Assembly: GCA_964597995.1 (NCBI GenBank)
Contig: CAZRAC010000001.1
Coordinates: 23,556 to 87,555 of the forward strand
DNA: 64,000 nt
Direction: 5' to 3'
Origin: an uncultured Syntrophaceae bacterium
GTDB lineage: Bacteria; Desulfobacterota; Syntrophia; Syntrophales; UBA4778
This document shows positions 28,424 through 38,110 of the stretch, one piece after another. Position numbers and translations under genes: made by a program. Each line of letters opens with the position of its first letter. Positions within the stretch are counted from its first letter, which is position 1. Below the pieces are notes generated by a model. That model searched no databases. It saw only the letters and a program-made list of their open reading frames with translations, and was not told the DNA's origin.

Positions 28424-29647
28424 TCACATCAAACTCTTCCCACTCTCCTCCACCGCCCGGTCGATTTCTCTTTTCAGCTCCTCGGGAATGCCTTCCATCT
28501 CCACCCGGAGAAAACCCCTCACGATTAGGGCCGTTGCGTCGGCCTCGCTGATCCCCCGGGCCATCAGGTATTCGATTTCCTGCTGGGATATCTTGCCCAC
28601 GGCGGCCTCGTGGGACATCTCGACCCCGGCGATGCGGCCGTCGAGTTCCGGGATGGCCCGGATGTAGCCGGTTTCGGAAAGCATCAGCCCGTTGCATTCG
28701 AGATGGGCCTTCACCCCCGGCACGTACCCAACCAGGAGCCCCCGAGAGATGATGTTGCCGCCCGTCGAGATGGTCCGCGAAACGACCTCCGCCTTCGTGT
28801 CCGGGGCCTCGAGATGAACTCTGCCGCCCACGTCCATCTCGGAACCTTTCCCGGCGACCAAGATGGTGTTTAGCCTGGTGACGGCGCCCTCACCCAGGAG
28901 CCTCACCGTCGGGTCCGTCTGTATAGAGCGCGCCGGCTTCATGCAGACGTAATGGGAGAGATAGGTCCCTCCTTCCTCCACCCAGACGGCCGTCCTCGGG
29001 CGGACTGCCACTTCTTCGCCCCAGTTGTGGATCATCGTGAAGGTGAGGGTCGCACCGCGCTTGACGTAGAACTCCGAAACCCCGATGTGGAGTGCCCTTG
29101 CCAGGTTCGGGGCCGTGGTGCAGCCCGTGATGACGTGGAGTTCCGAACCCTCCTCGGCGATGATGATGTTGTGGACATGCTGGGCGATCCCCTCCTCGCC
29201 GAGGTAGAGGCAGGCCTGAACAGGGAAGAGGGCCTTCACGCCTTTCGAGACACGGATGAAGTAACCGTTGTGGAGTTCTAGCTCCGTATGTGCCGTATAC
29301 TTGTCGGCATCCACGGCCATGGCCTGCCACCAGTAATCCTGCAAGCCGTCGTATCTCTTCAGGGCCTCCACGATCGGCAGGATCTCGACCCCCTCCTCCC
29401 GGATAGAGCAGTGAACGGGCGAATGGTCCATCTGGATATAACTTCCCGCCCGCCCTTCTTCCGAGAGGACTATGCCCGCCTCGGTCATCCCCCGTTGGCT
29501 GTCCGGGGGTATCTTCTCCAGGTCGTCCTGGTAGGCGTGTTCAGCCGCTTTTCTCTTGAACGCCGCCAGGTCGATGTCGGTTCCGTAAAGGGCCTTCTTT
29601 TCTTTTGCCGCCTGTGCCTTCTCTTTTATCTTTGACATCTTGCGCAT
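28424..29647 (-). CDS. SufB/SufD family Fe-S cluster assembly protein
   Basis: 407 aa. Beta-helix SufBD core (HNIIIAEEGSELHVITGC..., ISTGGNIISRG). It overlaps sufC upstream. Confidence 0.8.
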   Translation of the reverse strand: MRKMSKIKEKAQAAKEKKALYGTDIDLAAFKRKAAEHAYQDDLEKIPPDSQRGMTEAGIVLSEEGRAGSYIQMDHSPVHCSIREEGVEILPIVEALKRYDGLQDYWWQAMAVDADKYTAHTELELHNGYFIRVSKGVKALFPVQACLYLGEEGIAQHVHNIIIAEEGSELHVITGCTTAPNLARALHIGVSEFYVKRGATLTFTMIHNWGEEVAVRPRTAVWVEEGGTYLSHYVCMKPARSIQTDPTVRLLGEGAVTRLNTILVAGKGSEMDVGGRVHLEAPDTKAEVVSRTISTGGNIISRGLLVGYVPGVKAHLECNGLMLSETGYIRAIPELDGRIAGVEMSHEAAVGKISQQEIEYLMARGISEADATALIVRGFLRVEMEGIPEELKREIDRAVEESGKSLM

Positions 29648-30360
29648 TCCTCATAGCCGAATTTACAGATGGTGTCGAACATCTCCCGGGGGTTCCCGGA
29701 GCACTTGAGGCTACCGTCGAGGAGGAGATGACCCTTGTCGGCCTCCACGTAGTTAAGGATGAGCCCGGTGTGGGTGATGATGAGGCCCGATTTGACCCTA
29801 AGCCGGCGGAGGTTCTTCTGGAGAAGCTTCTTTATGACCTTGCCGAGAAGGGCGATGTTCTCGAGGTCCACGCCCGACTCCGGCTCGTCGAGAAGGATGA
29901 GGTCGGGATTCTGGGCCATGAGCTGAACCAACTCCGATTTCTTGATCTCCCCTCCCGAGAGGCCGTAATTGATTTCCCTGTCGAGAAATTCGGTGAATTC
30001 CAGGCTTTCTGCGTACTTTGTCGTCTGTCCGCCGTTGCCTCTTTGCTTTCCCAAGAGGTCCACCAGGTCTCTCGTTTTGAGTCCCCTGATGGTGGGCGGT
30101 CGCTGGAAGGCCATGCCGATTCCGAGGTTCGCCCTTTCGTTGATCGGGAGGTGGGTGATGTCCCGTCCCTTGAAGGTGATGCTGCCCTTCGTAATCTGGT
30201 AACCCGAAAAGCCCATGATCGCCATCAGGAGAGAGGTCTTCCCGGAGCCGTTTTTCCCGAAAAGGACGTGGGTTTCCCCGGGGTTGATCTCCATATCGAT
30301 ATCGTGGAGGACTTCCCGCCCCGCGATTTCAACGCACAACTCTTTGATTATCAGAGACAT
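29626..30360 (-). CDS. sufC: Fe-S cluster assembly ATPase SufC
   Basis: 244 aa. Walker A GKNGSGKTS, signature LSGGEIKK, Walker B ILLDEPESGVD. Confidence 0.9.
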   Translation of the reverse strand: MSLIIKELCVEIAGREVLHDIDMEINPGETHVLFGKNGSGKTSLLMAIMGFSGYQITKGSITFKGRDITHLPINERANLGIGMAFQRPPTIRGLKTRDLVDLLGKQRGNGGQTTKYAESLEFTEFLDREINYGLSGGEIKKSELVQLMAQNPDLILLDEPESGVDLENIALLGKVIKKLLQKNLRRLRVKSGLIITHTGLILNYVEADKGHLLLDGSLKCSGNPREMFDTICKFGYEECARCQR

Positions 30361-30377
30361 TTTTCTTCTCCCGGTTT

Positions 30378-31055
30378 TTAGCTTTTTGACCTCGCCTTTT
30401 CAAGTTCCCGCAATGGACAGTCTCGACAAAGAGGCTCTTTTCGGCAGAAAAGCTTACCCGCCTGGACAAGCAGGGCGTGGTACTGATTGTAGAAGGGCGC
30501 GTCCGCCGGAAGATTGTCCATGAAGAGGCGTTGGATCTCACCGTAACTTTTATCTCCGTCGACGATTCCATGGCGTGAGAGTATCCGCCGTGTGTAGGCG
30601 TCAACGACGAAAACCGGCATCCCACCGGCGTAGAGAAGGATGCTGTCCGCCGTTTCCTCGCCGATCCCCTTGACGCCCAGCAACTTCACCCTGAGGTCCC
30701 GCGGGTCTTCCGCAAACATCTTCCCGAGGTCACCCCGGTACTCACCAAAAAGGAAATGAATGAAGGCCTTAAGCCTCTTCGCCTTAACCCGGTAGTAGCC
30801 GGAAGGCCTGAGGAGTTCCGCGAGGCGTCCTTCCTCAACGGCGAGTAGGCCTTGCTCGGTCAGGAGGTTCTCGTTCCTGAGGTTTGCGACCGCCCTCTCG
30901 ACGTTCTGCCAGTTGGTGTTCTGCGTCAAGATCGCGCCGACGATGACTTCAAAAGGTGTCTCGGCCGGCCACCAGCAGAGGTCTCCGAAACGGCGCTCCA
31001 GCCTGTCGTACATTTCCCGCAGCAGACGGGCGGTTTGCGACCCTTCTCTGACCAA
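30378..31055 (-). CDS. Endonuclease III domain (HhH-GPD) DNA glycosylase-like protein
   Basis: 225 aa. ILTQNTNWQNVE, HhH LGVKGIGEETADSILLYA, VDAYTRR, and a C-terminal Cys cluster C.K.PLC..CPL. Confidence 0.75.
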   Translation of the reverse strand: MVREGSQTARLLREMYDRLERRFGDLCWWPAETPFEVIVGAILTQNTNWQNVERAVANLRNENLLTEQGLLAVEEGRLAELLRPSGYYRVKAKRLKAFIHFLFGEYRGDLGKMFAEDPRDLRVKLLGVKGIGEETADSILLYAGGMPVFVVDAYTRRILSRHGIVDGDKSYGEIQRLFMDNLPADAPFYNQYHALLVQAGKLFCRKEPLCRDCPLRELEKARSKS

Positions 31056-32537
31056 TCAACCCTTCTTGAGAGCGATGTAAAGGTTCGTCTTGCCTCTCTT
31101 GACGAGGAGCAGCGCCTTGTCTCTGGCATCCTTTCTCGACATCTCTCTCTTATACTCCTTGATAGAAGAAATCTTTACCTTATTCACCTGGACGATGACG
31201 TCCCGGGGCCTGACTCCAGCTTCATCGGCGGGGCTTCCCGACTTGACCCGCACAACGACGACACCCCTCTTTTCGGAAAGGCCGAGTTGTTGGGCGATCT
31301 CCGGAGTGATTTCCCCGACCGTCATCCCGAAGTAGCCGCCCGTGCCGCCGCCTTTCTCGGCAAGTTGCATCGTCTCTTTTCGCTCTGTGACGACGACGGG
31401 GACGACGTGGGCCTTTCCGTCCCGGAGGACCTTGACATCAACCTTCTTCCCTATCGGGATCGTGGCGACGACCCGGAGCAGTTCATGGGTGTCCTTGATT
31501 TTTTTCCCGTCCACCTCGACGATGACGTCCCCCGTCTTGATCCCGGCCTTATCTGCCGGGTCGCCGGGCATCACCTCTGCCACCAGGGCCCCTTCCATTT
31601 CTTTTATCTTCAGGCTCTGGGCCATGTCCTCCGTGATGTCCTGGACCGAGACCCCGAGCCAACCGCGGGTCACCTTTCCCTTCGTCTTCAGTTCCGGAAG
31701 GATTTCCCTCGCCATGTTGATCGGGATGGCGAAACCTATACCATGTCCCTGGGCGACGATCGCCGTGTTGATCCCCACGACCTTACCGTCCAGGGAAAAA
31801 AGAGGACCACCGCTGTTGCCAGGGTTTATCGAGGCATCCGTTTGGATGAAGTTGTCGTAAGGCCCGGCACCGATCACCCGTCCTTTGGCGCTGACGATCC
31901 CCGCCGTGATTGTTTGCTCGAGGCCGAAGGGGTTTCCGATGGCGATCACCCAGTCCCCTACCCGCAACTTGTCGGAGTCGCCGAATTCAACGACCGGCAG
32001 GTTGCCGGCCGGCGTTATCTTGATGAGGGCGAGGTCCGTCTTGGCGTCTTTCCCGACGACCCGGGCGTCGTATTCCTTACCGCTGGAAAGGCGTACCCTG
32101 ATTTTATCGGCCCGCTCGACTACGTGGTTGTTAGTAAGGATATAACCGTCCCGGGTGATGATAAAGCCCGACCCGAGACTCCTCTGCTTGTACTGTCGCG
32201 GTGCCTCGTTGAAAAATTTCCGGAAGAAATCGTCGCCGCCGAAAAACCGCTCAAAGAAGTCGTCCCCGAAGGGAGCGCCCTGTCCCCTTCCCTCGGACCG
32301 GACGATCTTTGTGGTCGAGATGTTGACGACCGCCGGCTTCAGTTTCTCCACCAGGTCCGCGAAGGAAGCCGGCGCCGTGCCGATGTCTCTTGCCGACGCG
32401 AGCCGGTACTTTTGCTGTGTCCGGGGTGATGCGAAGGCAAAATGCACCGCACCGACCAGCGACACGAAGAAGAAAAAGATCAGAAAGACGAGCCAGATTA
32501 TAAGAAAGTTTTTTCCTGATTTATGTCTGAATTCCAT
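31056..32537 (-). CDS. htrA: Do/DegP/HtrA family periplasmic serine endopeptidase with two PDZ domains
   Basis: 493 aa. TNNHVV (His), DLALIK (Asp), GNSGGPL (Ser), then two PDZ-like segments. Confidence 0.9.
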   Translation of the reverse strand: MEFRHKSGKNFLIIWLVFLIFFFFVSLVGAVHFAFASPRTQQKYRLASARDIGTAPASFADLVEKLKPAVVNISTTKIVRSEGRGQGAPFGDDFFERFFGGDDFFRKFFNEAPRQYKQRSLGSGFIITRDGYILTNNHVVERADKIRVRLSSGKEYDARVVGKDAKTDLALIKITPAGNLPVVEFGDSDKLRVGDWVIAIGNPFGLEQTITAGIVSAKGRVIGAGPYDNFIQTDASINPGNSGGPLFSLDGKVVGINTAIVAQGHGIGFAIPINMAREILPELKTKGKVTRGWLGVSVQDITEDMAQSLKIKEMEGALVAEVMPGDPADKAGIKTGDVIVEVDGKKIKDTHELLRVVATIPIGKKVDVKVLRDGKAHVVPVVVTERKETMQLAEKGGGTGGYFGMTVGEITPEIAQQLGLSEKRGVVVVRVKSGSPADEAGVRPRDVIVQVNKVKISSIKEYKREMSRKDARDKALLLVKRGKTNLYIALKKG

Positions 32538-32690
32538 TCGATCCTCTCTGTCCGTCCCGGCCAGGAGGGGGTATTTTTGTCGGGATTTTTTCCTGGACGG
32601 GGACCGCCTGCACCCAATTCAGTGGTCTTTGCTTGATGTAACTTATATTTATCAATTTCACGGGGAAGTCAATACAATTATCGGTATTCA

Positions 32691-33887
32691 TCAGAGAAGC
32701 GTTTTTCTGGTCAGTAGTCCTTTCAGGTAGAGTGACTGGGGAATATTGAGGATGTAAGGGTGGTCGGTATCCTGGAAGAGGTGTTCCAGCACCTCGATCC
32801 GGCAGTCCGCGTCGGCCGCTGCGTTCAGGCAGGCACATCCTATGTCGTCGAGTGATATATGGTGGGAGCAGGAAAATACCGCGAGATACCCCTCGGGCTT
32901 GAGAATACGCAGACCGTCGAGGACGAGGCGCCTATACCCCTTCAATGCCCCACCCTTCGCGTCTTTCGCCTTCGCGAAGGAAGGCGGGTCAAGGACTACG
33001 AGGTCGTAGCGCTTGCCTTGCTTTGCCTCGCGGGCAAGGTAAGCGAAGGCGTCGGCCTTCACGGAGACGACGTCCTTCATGCCGTTCAGGCTAACGTTCT
33101 CGCGGGCGGCCTCAAGGGCCGCAGCCGATTGGTCGACGAGGGTAACGGACCCGGCACCTTTAGCGGCGGCGTAGAGGCCGAAGCCGCCCGTATTGGAAAA
33201 GACGTCGAGTACCCGGTACCCTGCGCCGACGTAAGACGCCACGGTCCCTCTATTTCTCCTCTGGTCGAGATAGAATCCCGTCTTCTGGCTTTCGCGCAGC
33301 CGGACCTTAAAGAGGACGCCGCCCTCTTCGATGGTCAGTTCCTCGGGGATCTCCCCGTAGAGGACCCCCTCGGCGCTTCCCAGTCCTTCCTTCTCTCTGG
33401 CGCCGGCATCCGACCGCTCGTAGATACCTGCCGGCCTCACCACATCAATGAAGGCGGCAAGGATCTCTCTCCTCAGGCGCTCCATCCCCGCCGTGTTGAC
33501 CTGGAGGGAGAGAAAACCGTTGTAATAATCGGCAACAAGGCCGGGAAGCCCGTCGGCCTCCGAATGGACGACGCGGAAGGCGTTTGTCGTTTCCCCCAAG
33601 ACGGCCCGGCGCTGCCAGGCCTTCGCAATCTTCTCCCGGAAGAACTCCTGGTCGATGGGGCGTTTCGTGAAGGAAAGAACCCGGACGGCGATCGTGCTCG
33701 TCTGGTTGATGTACCCGACCCCGAGGAATCCCCCCGACGGGGACGACACCCTGATAACCTCACCGCCGCCCACATCCCGGGGCACCGTGACGAGTTCGTT
33801 TTCATAGACCCAGGGGAAAAACCGTGCCACTCTTCCCGCGGCCGTCTTGCTTACGATCACTTCTTTCACGACGTTTCGATCTCCCAC
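32691..33887 (-). CDS. rlmI: Class I SAM-dependent 23S rRNA (cytosine-C5) methyltransferase, RlmI-like
   Basis: 398 aa. PUA-like N-terminus, DVFSNTGGFG SAM motif, DPPSFA catalytic motif. Confidence 0.8.
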   Translation of the reverse strand: MGDRNVVKEVIVSKTAAGRVARFFPWVYENELVTVPRDVGGGEVIRVSSPSGGFLGVGYINQTSTIAVRVLSFTKRPIDQEFFREKIAKAWQRRAVLGETTNAFRVVHSEADGLPGLVADYYNGFLSLQVNTAGMERLRREILAAFIDVVRPAGIYERSDAGAREKEGLGSAEGVLYGEIPEELTIEEGGVLFKVRLRESQKTGFYLDQRRNRGTVASYVGAGYRVLDVFSNTGGFGLYAAAKGAGSVTLVDQSAAALEAARENVSLNGMKDVVSVKADAFAYLAREAKQGKRYDLVVLDPPSFAKAKDAKGGALKGYRRLVLDGLRILKPEGYLAVFSCSHHISLDDIGCACLNAAADADCRIEVLEHLFQDTDHPYILNIPQSLYLKGLLTRKTLL

Positions 33888-34026
33888 ATGCTTCTTGATC
33901 CCTCCCGGTTGTCGAGCGATTCGCCCTCATCCCGGCCAAAGCCCGCTTCCCGGGAAGTCATGCAACTTCATCGATGAATAGGATTGGTATTTCAGACAGA
34001 TACGGTTGTCAAGGGAAAAACGGCAG

Positions 34027-35091
34027 TCACTGCCCGCATGCCGAGCAGGCCGGAAAACAACCGGCACAGAGGACGTGGAGGGCGTCGCAGAGGTAAAAGT
34101 TCAGGACGGGCCGCCGACAGTTTTCACAGACGAGCGACTCGAGGCCACGGATGGCGGGGTTGACGGGCAGGGAGACGAGGCGCCTTTCCTTGCGCCGCTG
34201 CAGCGTAACGTCGAGGATTGTCAACGGCAATTCGACACGCAGAACACTCACCGGCTCGAGGACTATGTCCAGGGCATACTTATCCCTGGCGTCCTGGATC
34301 TTCTTCAGATAATCGGCCCGGGTTGCCTCAAGCCGAGACAAGGCCCGGTCCGCCTCTTCCGGGTCATTCTTCTTCTTTAGCAGGCGTCTCTCGATCTCCT
34401 GGGCGAGGGTGAGGTAGTACGCCTGGAGACGCCGTAGGTCCCGCTCGAGCCTGCGGTTCAGGTTGTCGATGAATTCCCCGCAGATATCCTGCGCGGCGAG
34501 AGAGGCGAGGTCTTGGGCCGTCCGGAGACTGCGGGCCAGCTCCTCCGAAGACACCTCCGGCCCGCCTCGGTCCTTCTCCCGGCCTTCGGCGCCGTATCGG
34601 TCGAGGAGATACATAATCTGCGTCTCCATCCCCACCGGCACCGTTCCTGTCTGTTCATTGACCGCCACGGCCAGGAGGCGCTCCATCCGGGTGTCCGCCG
34701 TCGCGGTCAGCGAGAAATGTACCACAAGGTAGGATCCTTTGCCCTCCCGCATCTCTTTGATCCGAAATATACCGTTCTGGACCGTGAGGTGTGAGGCAAG
34801 GAGCTTTTCGGGGTCCTTGACGGCAAAATTCAGGTCGGGAAACGAAACGGCGCTGAATTTACCTTTCTCCAACGCCAACGGTCCCAGGGATTCGATGAAA
34901 TCACGGCCGCCGTGGATGAAAGTCAGGGCCTGCCCTTTCTCCCGGGGTATGCGGAAGACATCCATTTCTCCGACCTGGAGTTGCCTCTGAAGAGAAGAGG
35001 GAAATAGGACCTGTAATGCACCATCATCACTCTCCTCTACCAGGCAGCCGTGACGGCCGAGCAACTGCGCAAGGAATTTGTGCAGTTCCAT
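34027..35091 (-). CDS. Hypothetical coiled-coil protein with a C-terminal zinc ribbon; partner of the SNF2 helicase
   Basis: 354 aa. Central Arg/Glu-rich coiled coil. C-terminal CENCRRP...C....LCAGC..ACSACGQ. It starts 7 nt after the SNF2 stop. Confidence 0.6.
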   Translation of the reverse strand: MELHKFLAQLLGRHGCLVEESDDGALQVLFPSSLQRQLQVGEMDVFRIPREKGQALTFIHGGRDFIESLGPLALEKGKFSAVSFPDLNFAVKDPEKLLASHLTVQNGIFRIKEMREGKGSYLVVHFSLTATADTRMERLLAVAVNEQTGTVPVGMETQIMYLLDRYGAEGREKDRGGPEVSSEELARSLRTAQDLASLAAQDICGEFIDNLNRRLERDLRRLQAYYLTLAQEIERRLLKKKNDPEEADRALSRLEATRADYLKKIQDARDKYALDIVLEPVSVLRVELPLTILDVTLQRRKERRLVSLPVNPAIRGLESLVCENCRRPVLNFYLCDALHVLCAGCFPACSACGQ

Positions 35092-35097
35092 CAGACC

Positions 35098-37485
35098 TTA
35101 CACCTCGTAATCATCGCCGAAGAGCATTTCGTCCAGGGCCTTCGTTTTTTCATAGGCCTTCTTCGCCGCGATGACTTCGTCCTCGAGGCGGGCGAAGTTT
35201 TCCCGCCGCAGCGCTTCGTCTCCTGAGCGGAGCCAGACGTCGAGGATGAGACTGCTGAAATCGCGGTCGGTCTCCAGGTTGCCGAGGATGGTGTCGATCT
35301 CGCCGATGACGAGCTCAAACATGTGGATCTTGTCGTCCAGTATCCGCATCATGTAATCCTCGATGCTACCTGCCAGGCAGAGGTTGAAGATGAAGACATC
35401 CCGTTCCTGGCCGATCCGGTGAATCCTGCCGATTCGCTGTTCAAGGCGCATGGGATTCCAGGGAATGTCATAGTTGACCATCGTGTTACAGAACTGGATG
35501 TTCCGGCCTTCACCGCCGGTTTCGGTGCTGAGCAGAATAGGGACTTCGCGCCTGAATGCCTCGACGGCGGCGTCTTTCTCGTATGTGCTCATAGTTCCGC
35601 TAAAAACGGCAAAGGGTAGGCCTCTTTCCCTGAGCAGACCGGCCAGATATGCGAGCGTCCTCTGGTACCGGACAAAGATCAGTTTCTTCTCCCGATTCTG
35701 CTCCACCAGGGCAAGGAACTGCCGGCCTTTGGCGGAGTCGTCTATACGGGCCAACCGGGCGTCGAGATCCCTCAACAGGTGGCGGATTGGATGGTCGGCG
35801 CCTTCCAGGCGGGCCTGCAGGTGACCAAGGGCATCCCTCAGGGCGAAAGGAGAACTTCCGGCCGCCATCTGGAGGTTTCGGATCGTCAAGAGCTCCGTCG
35901 GCCCCTCCTTCTCGTGGAGCAAGCGGGTTAAGGTGCTCAGAAGTTCATACGTTTCCCGCTCCTCTTCCGTCGGTGTCACGTACAGGGTCGTTGCGAAGCG
36001 CCTGGGCAGTTTGACGTCGACCATAGAGCGGGTGTTCCGGATCATCACTTCCTTTAGGAGCCTGCGCAGTTGTTCGGGGTTATTCGGCTGCCGGAGATTC
36101 CCCCGTTTGACGTAGTCCCTTTTGAAGGCCGCTTCGGTACTGAGGAGGCCGGGCTGGAGGAGAGTGATGAGGTTGTACAGTTCTATCAGGTTGTTCTGGA
36201 CAGGGGTGGCGCTCAGGAGAAGGAGAAATCGCTTGCGGAGGGCGCCCACGAGGCGATGGTTGAGGGTCTTCTTGTTCCGCAGGTAATGTGCCTCATCGAC
36301 GACAACGAGGTCGTAATCGATATTGGTGACGACGTCAGAATGCCGCTGGGACTTGGCGGTGTTGATGGAAGCGATCACCAGGTCCTGCTCCCTCCAGAAA
36401 CGTTCGCTATCCCCTTGGAATGCTTCGTGATCCGGCGTTACGAAGGACAACCCGAACTTGACTGCCATCTCTTCCTGCCACTGGGAAACGAGACTGGGCG
36501 GGGTGAGGATGAGTACCTTCCTCGCCAGTCCCCGAAGGAGATATTCTTTGATGACCATACCCGCTTCGATCGTCTTACCCAACCCCACCTCGTCGGCGAG
36601 AAGAACCCGTCCCCGGAACCGTTTGAGGACACTGGCGACCGTTTCCACCTGGTACCAATAATGAGTCACCCCCTGGAGTTGGTCAAGACACAGGAGTTCC
36701 TCGAAGTCTTTAAGGAGACGCAAGCGGTGGTATGCAAGGCGCAGTCTGTAGTCCGTCAAATCCTCGGGTACGGCGGCAGCGACGTCGGTCACGAGGTCTC
36801 CGTCCCCCGACCGAAACCGGATGGTCGGCTCGACCCGGAACTTTCGGGCCTCTTGAAACGGTGATAGGTCGAGACTGGGCAAAACAGGACCGGCTGTCTC
36901 CGGCGGAGAGGGGGCGGCCGTTGCCGTAGGTACCTGCTTCTTATCCGGAAATCTGGCAGCTCTGGAGGCAGTGCCGGTGTCGGATGCTTTGAGCATGGCA
37001 CGAAATCTCTCTGCCTCCTGGTATTCCTTGGACTCCCGGATCCATTCTCGTGCCTGTTTCTTGTATCGATCGATATCCTTGCTTCGCCGGTCCTTGTAAC
37101 GGGACAAAAATCCTTCCAACAGGGATATTTCGTCGGCGTAACGTTGCAGCCGGAAATAGCAATCGGCCAGGGAGAACATCGTTATGACGTCGTTGGGGTC
37201 TTTTTGAACGATTTTTTCCAGGCAGGAGCAAGCGGTCGCGATGTCCGGCTTCGGAATTTCAAGGGCAATCATGGATTTCAGACGTAGGGCGTGGTGCCAG
37301 TCCGGCTTCAGGTGAAGGGCCTTCTCGACGTGGAGTCCGGCCTTCTCATAGTCACGTAGACGTAAAGCGTCCACAGCCAGGTCCAAGTTCCACTGTGCGT
37401 CGATCAGCTGCGATTGTCTCGCCCGGTCTTGGCGGATTCGCTTTACCCGATCCCGTTTTTTCTGAAGATTCTTCTTGACGGACAT
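35098..37485 (-). CDS. SNF2-family (RapA/HepA-like) helicase with an N-terminal TPR region
   Basis: 795 aa. LLADEVGLGKTIEAG (motif I), VVVDEAHYLRN (II), LLLSATPVQNN (III), GGEGRNIQ..NYDIPWNP..EQRIGRIHRIGQ (V/VI). The N-terminal ~180 aa are TPR-like. Confidence 0.85.
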   Translation of the reverse strand: MSVKKNLQKKRDRVKRIRQDRARQSQLIDAQWNLDLAVDALRLRDYEKAGLHVEKALHLKPDWHHALRLKSMIALEIPKPDIATACSCLEKIVQKDPNDVITMFSLADCYFRLQRYADEISLLEGFLSRYKDRRSKDIDRYKKQAREWIRESKEYQEAERFRAMLKASDTGTASRAARFPDKKQVPTATAAPSPPETAGPVLPSLDLSPFQEARKFRVEPTIRFRSGDGDLVTDVAAAVPEDLTDYRLRLAYHRLRLLKDFEELLCLDQLQGVTHYWYQVETVASVLKRFRGRVLLADEVGLGKTIEAGMVIKEYLLRGLARKVLILTPPSLVSQWQEEMAVKFGLSFVTPDHEAFQGDSERFWREQDLVIASINTAKSQRHSDVVTNIDYDLVVVDEAHYLRNKKTLNHRLVGALRKRFLLLLSATPVQNNLIELYNLITLLQPGLLSTEAAFKRDYVKRGNLRQPNNPEQLRRLLKEVMIRNTRSMVDVKLPRRFATTLYVTPTEEERETYELLSTLTRLLHEKEGPTELLTIRNLQMAAGSSPFALRDALGHLQARLEGADHPIRHLLRDLDARLARIDDSAKGRQFLALVEQNREKKLIFVRYQRTLAYLAGLLRERGLPFAVFSGTMSTYEKDAAVEAFRREVPILLSTETGGEGRNIQFCNTMVNYDIPWNPMRLEQRIGRIHRIGQERDVFIFNLCLAGSIEDYMMRILDDKIHMFELVIGEIDTILGNLETDRDFSSLILDVWLRSGDEALRRENFARLEDEVIAAKKAYEKTKALDEMLFGDDYEV

Positions 37486-37625
37486 ACCTTTCCTTGGACC
37501 GTGACCTTTCCTGGGTAGATGCTACTCCTTGTCGGATGGTATTCCGTCGGACGGCTAAAGAGGTTTTGTTGTCTCGCAGTCGCCCGGGGGTCGCAGGGCA
37601 CCTGGACCCTGCGTCAAAATCAACC

Positions 37626-38069
37626 TCAGCCTTTCTCTTTTCCCTTTCCTTTTCCTTTCCCGCCTTTTCCTTTCCCCTTTTCCTTGTGCGTGTATAAATC
37701 GTCGCCCCGCTTCAATGCATGGAATTCCGGAGAGCCCGGTTTGATTCCGAGACTCTTAGCTATGACACCCCACCCTTTCCCTCTGTTCTTCTTGTACACA
37801 TCGACCACCCGCTCTACAGGCTGGTGGGACATCTCCCCTAACCGGAACGCCATGTATACACCGGCCGGATCATGTATGTTGCTCATGACGGCGCTGATCT
37901 GCGCGTCCCCGATGTTGAATCGCGCGGCAAGCCTTGCCCGGAATCCAGACGGATCCAGCGAGGCCTGGGCGTTGAAATCGTTCATCCAGTCAAAATCCCC
38001 CGCCACAGCCGGGGATGCAAAGAGAAACAACATAAAAACCATAACCGCCATTCTCAGAGCCTTCATCAT
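37626..38069 (-). CDS. Small secreted protein with a Lys/Gly-repeat tail
   Basis: 147 aa. Signal peptide ..FLFASPAVAG. C-terminal KEKGKGKGGKGKGKGKEKG. Confidence 0.55.
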   Translation of the reverse strand: MMKALRMAVMVFMLFLFASPAVAGDFDWMNDFNAQASLDPSGFRARLAARFNIGDAQISAVMSNIHDPAGVYMAFRLGEMSHQPVERVVDVYKKNRGKGWGVIAKSLGIKPGSPEFHALKRGDDLYTHKEKGKGKGGKGKGKGKEKG

Positions 38070-38110
38070 TTCCTCCTATTCACGCACAGATAAACGAATC
38101 ACTTCTTGTC

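Noticed and set aside
37615-37700. Short tandem CCTTTTCCTTTCC-type repeats that could suggest a CRISPR or SSR array
   Set aside because: They are the antisense of the (KG)n-encoding 3' end of the 147-aa ORF. The repeats are irregular, there is no spacer structure, and no cas genes are present anywhere in the window.
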